This document shows positions 9,926 through 20,596 of a DNA stretch of 48,138 bases, piece after piece. The stretch's first letter is position 1. Every line of letters starts with the position of its first letter. Source of the stretch: an uncultured Bacilli bacterium. Lineage in GTDB: Bacteria; Bacillota_I; Bacilli_A; RF39; UBA660. The notes beneath the pieces were generated by a model. It had not been told where the DNA came from and searched no databases. It was given only the letters and a program-made list of their open reading frames with translations. The position numbers and the translations under genes are program-made. Location of the stretch: the NCBI GenBank assembly GCA_944371955.1, contig CALVYB010000003.1:1-48138 (forward strand). Direction: 5' to 3'.

Positions 9926-11935
9926 TTATTCTGAAGGTTGTTCTGGTTCTGGCTCTTCAGGCTCTTTTGGAACACATTCATTACCCTCTAAAATCTCATC
10001 ATCTCCACAAACTGGTGGATTAGGATTCTTTTCATCATCTTCTGTTTGATTTTCATCATCTGAAGGTTTTTGTTCTTCTTTTTCGTTCTCTTGTTCACTA
10101 GATTGAGTTCCACCTAAAGTCAATGTGACACTTCCACTGATTTTATCAATTCTCTTGCCCTCTGGATATTCTTGAGCAATAACGTATCCATTACCTCCAA
10201 CAAAATTAACACTGATTCCTAAACGGCTAGCAGTAGCCCTGGCTTGAGCTTCACTATCACCAGTAAAGTCAGGAAGTAGAGTATATCCACCACTTGATTT
10301 ATATGGACCATAACCAATTACTTCTTTTTCATATGGTTCATTAATAGAGAAGCTAAATTCTTTAATTACCTGATGTTCAACAAGTCCTAGATTTTCTTTC
10401 ATAGCTCTTACAACATCTTTTTTACTTTGTCCGTTAGGAACATAATTATATAGAACCATTCTCATACGTTCATCGTAAATCATTTGTCCTTGTCCTTGTA
10501 AATATAGTTGTTGAATATTAACTATATTAGAAGCTTCTTTAGAAGCACTTCTTTTAACAATGTCTTTACCGATATTATAGAAAGATAAAATTTGTTTAGT
10601 TGTTAAATTGGTATCTAAACTATTAGAAATAGTATCTAAAATATCCATAAAAGTAGACACTTTAGTAATTGTTTTCATTTTATTCATTAATGCAACTACG
10701 ATTTCTTGTTGATGTTGTCCACGACCAAAGTCTCCGTTAACCAATTGTTTTCTATTTCTTGCATAAACTAAAGCTTGTTCACCATTTAATGTTTGGAATC
10801 CTGGCTCAATACATACTTGCTCACCCCTTGAAGAGTCATCCGTACATAATGTTTGAGTAGCATCAACATTAACCTCAACACCACCAACAGCATCAACCAG
10901 TTTAACTAAACCTTTGAAATTAATTTTTGCATAATAGTCAATATTAATACCAAAATAATCTTCTATTGTTTGCATCATACAATCAGTACCATAACCAGCT
11001 GCATGAGTAATTTTGTTTTCTGCTTTATCACTCCAACATGCAATAGGAACGTAACTATCACGAGGAATAGAAATCATAGTAGCATTCAAAGTTTTTGGGT
11101 TAAAAGTAACTAAAATTAAAGTATCACCATTAGCGATTGCATTTTTTTCTAACACTTCATCAGTTGAGTCAATTCCCATAAGTAACATAGTAAATGGTTC
11201 TGTAATAGATTTGCCACTAGAACTTACTTCTTGCTGAGATGTATCAGATTTTTTCATCTTTTTATCTTTAGAAAGAATAATTTTAGTATCTGTAGCTACA
11301 TCTTCGTAGCCAGAAACATTAGAAAACATATCAACATAATTATCAGTGATAAAAATGGCATTGACCTCTCCAGCATACAAATCAACTAACATAGTAGAGT
11401 AGTCATCATATTTTTTTATTTCATTATCATCTTCTAATTTATTTTCTTGAATCATTTCTTGTGGAATAATATATCCATCAGGAGAATCGTTATCATTTAG
11501 AATACCGATAGTATAACCTTTAATATCTTCAATTTTTGTAGCTGCATTATCATTCATTACTACAAGATCAGATGTATACGTAACATAAGCTTTATTAAGG
11601 CTATTAAGTTGGCCATAGAAATAAGCAATAACAAGACCAACAGCAAAGCAGATTAGAGAGTAAATTAGCATAAAACTAATTAATCCAATTCTCTTGCTTC
11701 TCTTTTTCTTTCTCTTTTTAGAAGCCACTCTAACTTTAATTAGCAATATTATATCTATAAGAATCAAAATTCCCATAACAATATATCGTAATAAAGTTTC
11801 TATAGAACTAAGCAAAAATATTTCATAAATAGCAAATGCACTACATGCAAGAGCAATAATCAGAAATATTGATAATACAATTCTTATTTTTGGTTTTTTT
11901 ACTTTTTCTTCATTTTCAATTTCTCGTTTAGCCAT
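9926..11935 (-). CDS. LytR-CpsA-Psr (LCP) family wall-glycopolymer transferase with accessory domain and C-terminal PASTA-like domain
   Basis: 3 TM; LLMGIDS, DTLILVT, ISIPRDSYV, KITHA, ALVYARNR, DFGRGQHQQ. Start re-called at 11935 from RBS GGAGG. Confidence 0.9.
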   Translation of the reverse strand: MAKREIENEEKVKKPKIRIVLSIFLIIALACSAFAIYEIFLLSSIETLLRYIVMGILILIDIILLIKVRVASKKRKKKRSKRIGLISFMLIYSLICFAVGLVIAYFYGQLNSLNKAYVTYTSDLVVMNDNAATKIEDIKGYTIGILNDNDSPDGYIIPQEMIQENKLEDDNEIKKYDDYSTMLVDLYAGEVNAIFITDNYVDMFSNVSGYEDVATDTKIILSKDKKMKKSDTSQQEVSSSGKSITEPFTMLLMGIDSTDEVLEKNAIANGDTLILVTFNPKTLNATMISIPRDSYVPIACWSDKAENKITHAAGYGTDCMMQTIEDYFGINIDYYAKINFKGLVKLVDAVGGVEVNVDATQTLCTDDSSRGEQVCIEPGFQTLNGEQALVYARNRKQLVNGDFGRGQHQQEIVVALMNKMKTITKVSTFMDILDTISNSLDTNLTTKQILSFYNIGKDIVKRSASKEASNIVNIQQLYLQGQGQMIYDERMRMVLYNYVPNGQSKKDVVRAMKENLGLVEHQVIKEFSFSINEPYEKEVIGYGPYKSSGGYTLLPDFTGDSEAQARATASRLGISVNFVGGNGYVIAQEYPEGKRIDKISGSVTLTLGGTQSSEQENEKEEQKPSDDENQTEDDEKNPNPPVCGDDEILEGNECVPKEPEEPEPEQPSE

Positions 11936-12040
11936 AATTACCTCCAAAATTATTCTTATCATCTTGCTTTTTCTATTATACCTAAAATTCGTTATTTTAT
12001 CAACCTAAGTGAAATGAATTATCTTATAAAAAAAGAAGAC

Positions 12041-12066
12041 TGTAAAATAATGTAAAAATTGTCGAA
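12041..12066 (+). promoter_or_regulatory. Perfect Spo0A box with two phased degenerate TGTAAAA repeats
   Basis: TGTAAAA at 12041 and 12051 and TGTCGAA at 12060-12066, in the LCP/glucosaminidase divergent region. Confidence 0.4.
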
Positions 12067-12145
12067 AACATTCAAAATTTAAAAAAACTTTTACTTAGAT
12101 ATTGTATAATATAATTGAGTGATTATAGGATATAAGGAGGGGAAT

Positions 12146-15100
12146 ATGAAAAAGAAGATTTTATTACTAGTTTTATCAGTTTTTTGCATAATAATTTTTC
12201 CTAAAGAAACTTATGCTTTCTCCTCTGAAAATTATAAAAACAAATCCTTATGTGGAAATTATGAGGTGGCAGGAATGCATTCAGATGGAGTAATCGATCC
12301 AGTTGCCTGTTTAAACACTTTTGAAGAGGCACAGGCTTGGATGAAAAACAATGGTGCAGATGATTTAGTAGTATTTGGGAAAGTAGCAGGGAAAACAAAG
12401 ATATTAGATGCCAATTTAGCACTAGTAGATTTAAGTGTAAATCCAGAAACTTTAACTTATTTTTATACAGATAAAGAAAAGACTTCTTCATATACTTATA
12501 TGGATACCGGGTCCTTATATGGAGGAGTAGATGGCGCATTAATAAGCGCAGGCTATTCTAATGCTCATGGTAGATTCGTGATAAAAGTAAAAATTGGTAA
12601 CTTTACTGGTTGGATATTAGATAGCACATATGAAATTGTTCCGTTAACATGGGTAAAATCATCTAGCAGTTATACTGTTACGAATGAAGATATAAAACAT
12701 AACTATGTAAATAAAATACAAGAAACATACACTGGAAGTAGAGGAAGTATCATCGGTCCTAAACCAGAAATGCTTTCTCCTGGAACATATTACAGTTATG
12801 ATGGGAAATATTTTTATAAAGACCGAAAAACGATGCTACAAGATTATAAAAATGGGAATTATAATAATGCTGTAAATAAAAATAATGAATACTACAATTA
12901 TTATATGTATTTGTCAAACCATACAAGAACTAGTTATTCTAGTCAAAATATAGATGAATATATTAGAAATAATATGGGATATAAAATGGATGCCTATGGT
13001 AATAAAGCAGAATCAAGTGCCTCTAGATTATATGGAAAAGGGCAGTTCTACTATTATGCTCAAGAAAAATATGGTGTAAATGCTTTACTTTCTTTAAGTT
13101 TAAGTAGAAATGAAACAGGAAATGGTCAAAGTAATTTAGCTGTAAACAAAAATAATGGTTTTGGTCTAAATGCAGTTGACAGTAATCCATATGGTTCTGC
13201 AAATCAATATGTTACATATGCACATAGTATCTTAGGGTACGCATCTGATTGGATAACCTATGGATATGCTCATCCAAGAGATTGGAGATACTTTGGTCCA
13301 CAATTTGGAGATAAATGGATAGGTATGAATGTAAAATATGCATCAGATACCTATTGGTCTGAAAAAATGGCCTCTCATTATTATGCTTTTGATAAAGCCA
13401 AAGGATTACAAGATTATAATTATTATCAATTAGGGGTTGTAACAAAAGGAGCTGTATGGGCAAGAAGTGATGCAAAAAATTCCGCTAAAGGAGTTTACCA
13501 ATATCCAGAAGCAGAAGATGCCGTTGTCATCGTTGGAGAAAAGCAAGGAGAAAGTGTAGAAGGAAATACACTTTGGTACGAAGTAGTTAGTGATTTAAAC
13601 ATTAATGATAATTATGATGAAATTACTTCAGGAGACTATAACTGGAATAAAACAGTTTATGTTCCAGCCGCTTATATAAAGAAAATAAATAAAGGTAAAA
13701 ATGGTTATATCTCACCAAATGAAGTTACCGAGTACCAAGATAAAGATTATGAATACGATTTATATGCAGAAGGAACAACGTATAAACCGAAAGTCGGTAA
13801 AAGTACAAAAGATACAGAATTTTATTATGATTCATCTTTGACTGCAAAAAAAGGTCAAAAGTTAGTAAACAATCGTTATGTTATGGTATATGCCGCTGCC
13901 AAAGATAAAAATGGAGCTGTAGTATCTTATTTAGTAACATCTGATTATAAATATGATCAAAAACATTGGGTATCAGCAGATAGTATTGATTTAATAACAA
14001 GCAATTATGGAAAGTTTTCAGTAACTGCTTCAGGGAACCAATTTACTTGGGTAAACTCAACAACTGAAGATACTAAAGCTACATTAATTGGAGGACAGTA
14101 CCATAATTCTTATGCACCGATATTAGAAGAGAAAAATGTAAATGGTCAATTATGGTATAAAGTACCAGTAGATATTTCGGGAACAACAAATGAATTTGGA
14201 TGGACTTTAGCATCAGCACCTAATGTTTATGTAGAAAAATTAAGTGTAAAAGCAGAAAATACACCTCCAGTGATAGTTGCAGAAGATAAAACAATAGTAC
14301 AAGGAACAAAATTCAACTATAAAGAAGGAGTAACTGCTACAGATAATGAAGATGGACCTCTAACAGATAAAATTGAAGTAGTAGAAGAAACTGTTAAGGT
14401 AGATGTGGTAGGAACATATAAAGTAACCTATAAAGTAACAGATAAAAATAACACTACAACAACTAAGACCATAACAGTAACGGTAACAGAAAATAAAAAA
14501 CCAGTAATCTCAGCAGAAGATAAGGAAGTAATTCAATATAGAGAATTAGATGAATTAGATGGTGTAACTGCAACAGACGAAGAAGATGGCAAAGTCGAAG
14601 TAAAAATAAAGAACAGCACGGTAAAACTAGATACGCCTGGAGACTATGAGATTACTTATGAAGCAACTGATACTTATAATCAAACTACAGAGAAAAAGGT
14701 TAAAGTAACCGTTGTTAAAGACGAAGCACCTGTAATTAATGCAGAAGATAAAACAATAACTCAAGGAACAAAATTCGATGCTTTAAAAGATGTAACAGCA
14801 GAAGATAAAGAAGAAGGAAAAATAAAAGAAATAGAAGTTGTTAAAAATGATGTAAAAGAAAAAGAAATTGGTGAGTATGAAGTTACTTATAAAGCTGTAG
14901 ATAGTTATAAAAATGAAACAATAAAAACAATTATAGTAACAGTAGTAGAAAATCAAAAACCAATTATTAATGCAGAAGATAAAACAATATATTTAAATGA
15001 AGAATTTAAACCATTAGAAGGTGTAACGGCAGAAGATTCAGAAGATGGAAAAATAGACAAAATAGAAGTTATCAAAAATGACGTAAAAACAAATGAAATA

Positions 15101-16120
15101 GGAGAATATAAAGTAACTTATAGAGTAGAAGATACTTTCGGTAATGTAGTTGAAAAAGAAATTACAGTAACCGTAAAAGAAAAGAAGTTACAAGAAAAAG
15201 ATGGAATATTTTACTTAGATTATCTAAAAAAAGTAAATGGAAATTTGCAAATAAAAGGTTATAATGCTATTAAAAGTATTAATAATACATTAGATACTGA
15301 TATTTCATTTTATGTTGTTTTTCAAGATTTGACAACAGGAGAAGAACACACACAAAAGTTAACAAGAATCACTAATAAAGATGAAATAACAAGGCCAGTA
15401 TATAGTCCAGATGGTAATGATTATACATATTCATGGTTTAAAGGTAACTTAGATATTGATAGTTTACCTGATGGAGACTATAATTTATATATATTAACAG
15501 AAAGCAAAGATTACTATGCTAAATCTAAAGTTAATAATAAAGTGTTAAAAGATCAAATAGCAGAGTATACAAGTAAAAAAACAGTCACAACAAGAAATGA
15601 TTATAGAGACAGTGAAATGCCTTTACAATTTGTAATAAGAACTGAAAAAATAGCTGAAAAAACAGCCAACAGTCTATATAATCAATATACTCAGTATCGT
15701 ACTTTTGCCTTTGAGAATAATAAATTACATATAAAGGGTACAGCATACTCTATTGGAATGGATTTATCAGCAACCACGAAAGTAAGACGTCAAATAATTT
15801 TTGAAAATCAAGAAAATTATAAAACATATAGTTATGACTTAGATAGTATTACAGATGGTCTTTATGAAGTAGGTTCAGCCTTAAATGATGGTCTAAATAA
15901 AACAAGAGCATGGTTTGATAAAACAATAGATATTAGTAATATTCCTAAAGGAAATTACACTATTTATATAGCAACACAAAGCAATGTTAATGATTACAGT
16001 GAATTTACAGAACTATTATCTAGAAACTTAGATGATGTAAAGTTAGAAATAGAAGGCAAAACTTATAGCTTTACTGTAGATATTAATGAAAGATTTAGAA
16101 TAGAAATGAGCGTAAAATAG
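12146..16120 (+). CDS. Secreted GH73 glucosaminidase (LytB-like peptidoglycan hydrolase) with SH3-like domain and four Ig-like (DUF5011-type) repeats
   Basis: Signal peptide; YGVNAL...NETGNG, KNNGFGLNAVDSNP, GMNVKYASD.YW; four P.I.AEDK...ATD.EDG repeats (~14258-15180). Start ATG 12146 after AAGGAGG. Confidence 0.87.
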   Translation: MKKKILLLVLSVFCIIIFPKETYAFSSENYKNKSLCGNYEVAGMHSDGVIDPVACLNTFEEAQAWMKNNGADDLVVFGKVAGKTKILDANLALVDLSVNPETLTYFYTDKEKTSSYTYMDTGSLYGGVDGALISAGYSNAHGRFVIKVKIGNFTGWILDSTYEIVPLTWVKSSSSYTVTNEDIKHNYVNKIQETYTGSRGSIIGPKPEMLSPGTYYSYDGKYFYKDRKTMLQDYKNGNYNNAVNKNNEYYNYYMYLSNHTRTSYSSQNIDEYIRNNMGYKMDAYGNKAESSASRLYGKGQFYYYAQEKYGVNALLSLSLSRNETGNGQSNLAVNKNNGFGLNAVDSNPYGSANQYVTYAHSILGYASDWITYGYAHPRDWRYFGPQFGDKWIGMNVKYASDTYWSEKMASHYYAFDKAKGLQDYNYYQLGVVTKGAVWARSDAKNSAKGVYQYPEAEDAVVIVGEKQGESVEGNTLWYEVVSDLNINDNYDEITSGDYNWNKTVYVPAAYIKKINKGKNGYISPNEVTEYQDKDYEYDLYAEGTTYKPKVGKSTKDTEFYYDSSLTAKKGQKLVNNRYVMVYAAAKDKNGAVVSYLVTSDYKYDQKHWVSADSIDLITSNYGKFSVTASGNQFTWVNSTTEDTKATLIGGQYHNSYAPILEEKNVNGQLWYKVPVDISGTTNEFGWTLASAPNVYVEKLSVKAENTPPVIVAEDKTIVQGTKFNYKEGVTATDNEDGPLTDKIEVVEETVKVDVVGTYKVTYKVTDKNNTTTTKTITVTVTENKKPVISAEDKEVIQYRELDELDGVTATDEEDGKVEVKIKNSTVKLDTPGDYEITYEATDTYNQTTEKKVKVTVVKDEAPVINAEDKTITQGTKFDALKDVTAEDKEEGKIKEIEVVKNDVKEKEIGEYEVTYKAVDSYKNETIKTIIVTVVENQKPIINAEDKTIYLNEEFKPLEGVTAEDSEDGKIDKIEVIKNDVKTNEIGEYKVTYRVEDTFGNVVEKEITVTVKEKKLQEKDGIFYLDYLKKVNGNLQIKGYNAIKSINNTLDTDISFYVVFQDLTTGEEHTQKLTRITNKDEITRPVYSPDGNDYTYSWFKGNLDIDSLPDGDYNLYILTESKDYYAKSKVNNKVLKDQIAEYTSKKTVTTRNDYRDSEMPLQFVIRTEKIAEKTANSLYNQYTQYRTFAFENNKLHIKGTAYSIGMDLSATTKVRRQIIFENQENYKTYSYDLDSITDGLYEVGSALNDGLNKTRAWFDKTIDISNIPKGNYTIYIATQSNVNDYSEFTELLSRNLDDVKLEIEGKTYSFTVDINERFRIEMSVK

Positions 16121-16145
16121 AAGCCTCTAAACAGGCTTCTATTTT
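16114..16145. terminator. Bidirectional intrinsic terminator
   Basis: AAAATAGAAGCCT-ctaaac-AGGCTTCTATTTT between convergent genes. Confidence 0.8.
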
Positions 16146-16180
16146 TATACAATAAAAAAGCAATCCTTTTGGAAGCTTTT

Positions 16181-18148
16181 TTAACCTTTATTAATTTTTA
16201 AGATATAAGTATCACAGTGATTTAAATCGTGACCATCAATATCATTACTATTAACAACTAAACCAATACCAGGACCATTAGAAACATAACTACAACTAAA
16301 ATGTACATTAGAGTATTTATTCTTGATATTATTACATGTAGTAACTGGATCATTAGAAATCAAATCAGGATAAATCCATACTGTAGTTGTAATTGTTTTA
16401 TCACAAGTAGGTGGCTCGGGTTTAGAATCAGGTGTAGATGTACCACCACCAGAATTATTATTTCCAGAATCATTTTCAAAAGAAGAGTTTGATTCCTCTC
16501 GATGCTCATTATCTTTACCACTACTCAAAGTAACTGTGATTGTCGTGCCGCTACTTACTTTGCTACCAGCACTAATAGATTGTTTTATAACAGTATTTTT
16601 AGCTTTAGAACTATTTTGTGTTACGAAGTTATAATTAAGTCCTGCATCTTCTAAAGCTTGAATTGCTTTACTTTTAGACATTCCTATAATATTAGGAACC
16701 TTACATTCTTTTCCATCAGAAATAGTAACAATAATACTATCACCATTTTTAATGGTATCACCTTTTTTATATGAATAAGAAATAACTTCTCCTTGAGGAA
16801 TATCTTCACTAAATTCATGTTGTTCCTGATAAGAAATATTATATTTATTTGCCCATTCTTTGAAATCTTCAAAAGATTTAAAATCTTCCATAACTAAACT
16901 ACCTTTAGAAATGACAACTTTAACAGTAGACCCTTGTTCAATTTTCTCGCCTTTATCATAGTTTGCAGAAATAACATTATTTTCTTTTACTGCATCATCA
17001 TATTGATTAGTAAACTCTAACTTTAATTTATTTTCAACAACCCATTCAGTAATCTCTACCATGCTCATTTTCTTTAAATCGGGAACTTCTATACTTTTAC
17101 CTCTACTAATAGTAATAGTAACTTTATTTTCATCACTATCTACTTTAACAGTATCACCAGCTTTAACACTTTGTTTTGCTACATTACCACGTTCAATTTT
17201 ATTAGAAAATTCTTTTTCGATTTCGTACTTGATACGATGTTGCTTTAAATAAAAGACTGCTTCAAACTCACTCATATTAGTTAAATCAATCATTTTAACA
17301 TCACTATTATCTAGTTCTTCGCCTAAAGAGAAGGTAAGTTTTAGCTCATCACTACGTTTCATACTACCAGATTTGTTTTGTTCAATGACAGTATCTTCAG
17401 CTTTATCAGATTTTTCGAAACTAACATCAACATTATTTAAATAATTATCTAAAACATAGTTTATAACACGTTCACTATTCCAACCATCCATATCAGGAAC
17501 AATAATTTCTTTATCCGGATTAGGACCTTCACTAACAGAAACGGTAAGTTCATTAATATCCTTTACTTTAACTCCTGCTTCTACATCTTGGGAAATAATA
17601 TTGTAGGATTGAACCATATCACTATATTCATAATCTTGATTTAAAGTAATGTTATTTTTTTCAGCCCATTTTACAACATCCGTTAAACTCTTACCAGTAA
17701 AATCTTCAACTTGTCCCAATGCTGGAATATTAACCACATTTAAAGTAGTAAGAACTCCAAACAAATTAAATAGTAATAAGAAGAAACTTCCTAAAAAAAT
17801 AGTACCTTTCTTACGAGTCGGATTTGTAATACATATAGCAACAAATAAAATAGAAAAGACTACTAAAAGTAAACTACTTATTAAAGAACTAAAGAAACTA
17901 CTGATATTTTGACCTTTCCATAAAGAAATACCAAAATAAACTAAACTACTAATAAGTGTTAAAACTAATAAAAAATTAACCATAGGATGTTTCTTTCTTT
18001 TTTTGTATTGTATTTTTTCATTAGTAGAATAATTATTCGTTATTTCTCTTGCAACAACTTCTTCATCATTATCATCTTTTGAATTTCTATTTCGATTAGG
18101 ATAATTATTTTTATTATAATGATTCGAAGAATTATTCTTCTGCTTCAT
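16181..18148 (-). CDS. Membrane protein with about six PASTA domains and no kinase or transpeptidase domain
   Basis: 3 TM, then repeats of the type VPD/N..G.S...VI.Q...G......VS.G; Ser/Asn-rich and Cys-containing C-terminus; RBS GAGGTG. Confidence 0.8.
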   Translation of the reverse strand: MKQKNNSSNHYNKNNYPNRNRNSKDDNDEEVVAREITNNYSTNEKIQYKKRKKHPMVNFLLVLTLISSLVYFGISLWKGQNISSFFSSLISSLLLVVFSILFVAICITNPTRKKGTIFLGSFFLLLFNLFGVLTTLNVVNIPALGQVEDFTGKSLTDVVKWAEKNNITLNQDYEYSDMVQSYNIISQDVEAGVKVKDINELTVSVSEGPNPDKEIIVPDMDGWNSERVINYVLDNYLNNVDVSFEKSDKAEDTVIEQNKSGSMKRSDELKLTFSLGEELDNSDVKMIDLTNMSEFEAVFYLKQHRIKYEIEKEFSNKIERGNVAKQSVKAGDTVKVDSDENKVTITISRGKSIEVPDLKKMSMVEITEWVVENKLKLEFTNQYDDAVKENNVISANYDKGEKIEQGSTVKVVISKGSLVMEDFKSFEDFKEWANKYNISYQEQHEFSEDIPQGEVISYSYKKGDTIKNGDSIIVTISDGKECKVPNIIGMSKSKAIQALEDAGLNYNFVTQNSSKAKNTVIKQSISAGSKVSSGTTITVTLSSGKDNEHREESNSSFENDSGNNNSGGGTSTPDSKPEPPTCDKTITTTVWIYPDLISNDPVTTCNNIKNKYSNVHFSCSYVSNGPGIGLVVNSNDIDGHDLNHCDTYILKINKG

Positions 18149-18231
18149 ACTATCACCTCATTATCTTATATATAACATTATATAATATAGGAAAAGAAAT
18201 AGAAACAAATTACAAAAACTAGACTGTAAAG

Positions 18232-18260
18232 TGTACAAAAAAATAAGAGTATGGTAAAAT
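18232..18260 (+). promoter_or_regulatory. sigmaA-type promoter of the polysaccharide cluster
   Basis: TGTACA, 17 bp spacer, TAAAAT with extended TG. Confidence 0.45.
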
Positions 18261-18280
18261 AGAAGGGGAAAGGTGAAAAT

Positions 18281-20596
18281 ATGAACACTTGGATAAAAAA
18301 GAATTTTAATACATTATTAATTATATTTATTTTATTACAACCGATTTTAGACTTAATTACAGGATTCGCAATACATGTATGGAACATAAATATAACCTTA
18401 GGAATTATTATTAGAATGCTATTTTTAACATTTATTCTATATAGCGTTCTGTTTGTTTATAAAAGAAGACAGAATTGGAAATATTATGGTTTATTAATAG
18501 TCTATGGGGTTTTCTATATATTAGGAATGATTTATTACAAAGATGGAATTGGATCGTTCTCTGAAATTCAAGGTCTATGCCGAGTATTCTATTTTCCTGT
18601 TTTATTAATGGCACTATACAGTATTAAAGATGAAATTAGGATTAGTAAAATGACTTTAATGGTAGTGCTAATAACATATTTAGTATGTATCTTAGTACCA
18701 AATTGTCTAAATTTAGGATTTGAAACTTATGAAATAACTAAAAAGGGAACCCTTGGTTTCTTTAATTCAGCTAATGAAATTAGTGGCATTATCTCAATAT
18801 TAACACCAATTATGATTGTAATTTTTGTCAAGAGTAAAAAAATAGTACCCATGATAATTATTTCATTAATATATTTATATATAATTTTAACCATAGGAAC
18901 AAAAACACCATTACTATCTTTATCGATTACCATATTTTTCGCTTATGCATGGTTTGTTTATAAAGAAATAAAAATAAAAAGATTTAAAAGAATTGCTGTG
19001 AGTTTAATTGTTTTAATGGTATCTATAATAGGATTAATATTAATATTACCTAAGACAACTTTTTATAAAAATATAAAAACCCATCTAAATTATTTAAAAT
19101 TAGATAATGTAACAGAAGTATTTGAAGATAAAGAATTAGTTGATCATTTTATCTTTAGTCAAAGATTAACATTTATGGAAAATAGACAACAAGACTATAT
19201 GAATAGTAGTACTTATCAAAAATTATTTGGTATAGGCTATTTAAATGGAAAAAAAGATGCCAAAGCAGTAGAAATGGATTATTTTGATATTTATTACTCA
19301 CATGGAATTATTGGCTTCATTATTTATTTTGGTATTTATGGTTATCTCTTTTATTTAATTATGAAAGATAAAAAGAAATTAGACTTTGAACAATATATGC
19401 TATATATCAGTGTATTATTAAGTATTTTTCTATCTTTCTTTACAGGACATATTATAACAGCTCCTGCAGTAAGTATTTTAGTAACAATTATTTTATTGAT
19501 GTTAGTAAAAAATAAAAAGAAAAAATTATTATTCACTGCGTATAGTTTAAACTTAGGTGGCATAGAAACCGCGTTAATCAATTTAGTAAATAGAATTAAT
19601 TTAGATAAATATGAAATAGTAATATTACTAGAAAAAAAAGAAGGTATTTTCTTAGACAAAGTAAAAAAAGAAATTACGGTAAATGAGTTTAAAGTATATG
19701 ATAATAAAAATGCAGTGATTAGAAAAATACGAAATTTAAGTAAACGAATATTATTTACTATAACAAATTATAAAGTATATGATTTTAGTTGTTGCTATGC
19801 AACTTACAGTTTAAGTGGTAGCAAACTATCTAAAATAGCTAGTGATAATAAAGCTTTCTACGTTCACAATAATTATAAAGATTTATATAAAGATGAACGT
19901 AAAGAAAAAGAATTCTTTGACAATAGGGAAATAGAAAAATATGACCATATCGTTTTTGTATCAAATGAATATAAAAAAGAGTTCTTAAGACTTTATCCTA
20001 ATCTAAAAGATAAATCGTTAGTGTTAAATAATTTCATTAATACCAAAGAAATATTAGAAAAAAGTAAAGAAAGCATAAAAGAGTCTAAACCGAAAAATAA
20101 AACCTTATTTGTTTTTGTAGGAAGATTAGATGATGATGCAAAAAAAGTAGGAAGAGCAATACGTTTAGTAAAAAAAATACCAGATACATGTTTATGGCTG
20201 GTAGGGGATGGGCCAGCACGTGAAGAATATGAGAATTTAGTAAAAACAGAAAAATTAACTAGTAGAGTAAAATTTCTTGGTAGACAAAAAAATCCTTATC
20301 CATACATGAAAAAGGCCGACTATATTTTGATGACATCTGATTATGAAGGATTTCCTGTAACTTATTTAGAAGCCATAACATTAGAAATACCAATTATTAC
20401 AACAGTGGATGTAAGTGATGATAAGCTAAACATCGGTAAAGACTATGCAGTTATTATTTCTAAAGATGAAAAACAAATGTTAAAACAAGTAAAAGAAGTG
20501 TTAAAAGAAAAAAATCTTCCTAAAAAAATTGATATTGAAAAACTACAATCAACAAGAATGAACGATTTTGAAAAGTTATTTGATGGAGTGATTTAA
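18281..20596 (+). CDS. Fusion: O-antigen ligase/Wzy-like polytopic domain + GT4 glycosyltransferase
   Basis: Multi-TM N-terminal ~410 aa (GFFNSANEIS, GTK, EMDYFDIYYSHGIIG), then GGIETAL, FVGRL, LVGDGP, NPYPYMKKAD, SDYEGFPVTYLEA. Confidence 0.82.
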   Translation: MNTWIKKNFNTLLIIFILLQPILDLITGFAIHVWNINITLGIIIRMLFLTFILYSVLFVYKRRQNWKYYGLLIVYGVFYILGMIYYKDGIGSFSEIQGLCRVFYFPVLLMALYSIKDEIRISKMTLMVVLITYLVCILVPNCLNLGFETYEITKKGTLGFFNSANEISGIISILTPIMIVIFVKSKKIVPMIIISLIYLYIILTIGTKTPLLSLSITIFFAYAWFVYKEIKIKRFKRIAVSLIVLMVSIIGLILILPKTTFYKNIKTHLNYLKLDNVTEVFEDKELVDHFIFSQRLTFMENRQQDYMNSSTYQKLFGIGYLNGKKDAKAVEMDYFDIYYSHGIIGFIIYFGIYGYLFYLIMKDKKKLDFEQYMLYISVLLSIFLSFFTGHIITAPAVSILVTIILLMLVKNKKKKLLFTAYSLNLGGIETALINLVNRINLDKYEIVILLEKKEGIFLDKVKKEITVNEFKVYDNKNAVIRKIRNLSKRILFTITNYKVYDFSCCYATYSLSGSKLSKIASDNKAFYVHNNYKDLYKDERKEKEFFDNREIEKYDHIVFVSNEYKKEFLRLYPNLKDKSLVLNNFINTKEILEKSKESIKESKPKNKTLFVFVGRLDDDAKKVGRAIRLVKKIPDTCLWLVGDGPAREEYENLVKTEKLTSRVKFLGRQKNPYPYMKKADYILMTSDYEGFPVTYLEAITLEIPIITTVDVSDDKLNIGKDYAVIISKDEKQMLKQVKEVLKEKNLPKKIDIEKLQSTRMNDFEKLFDGVI

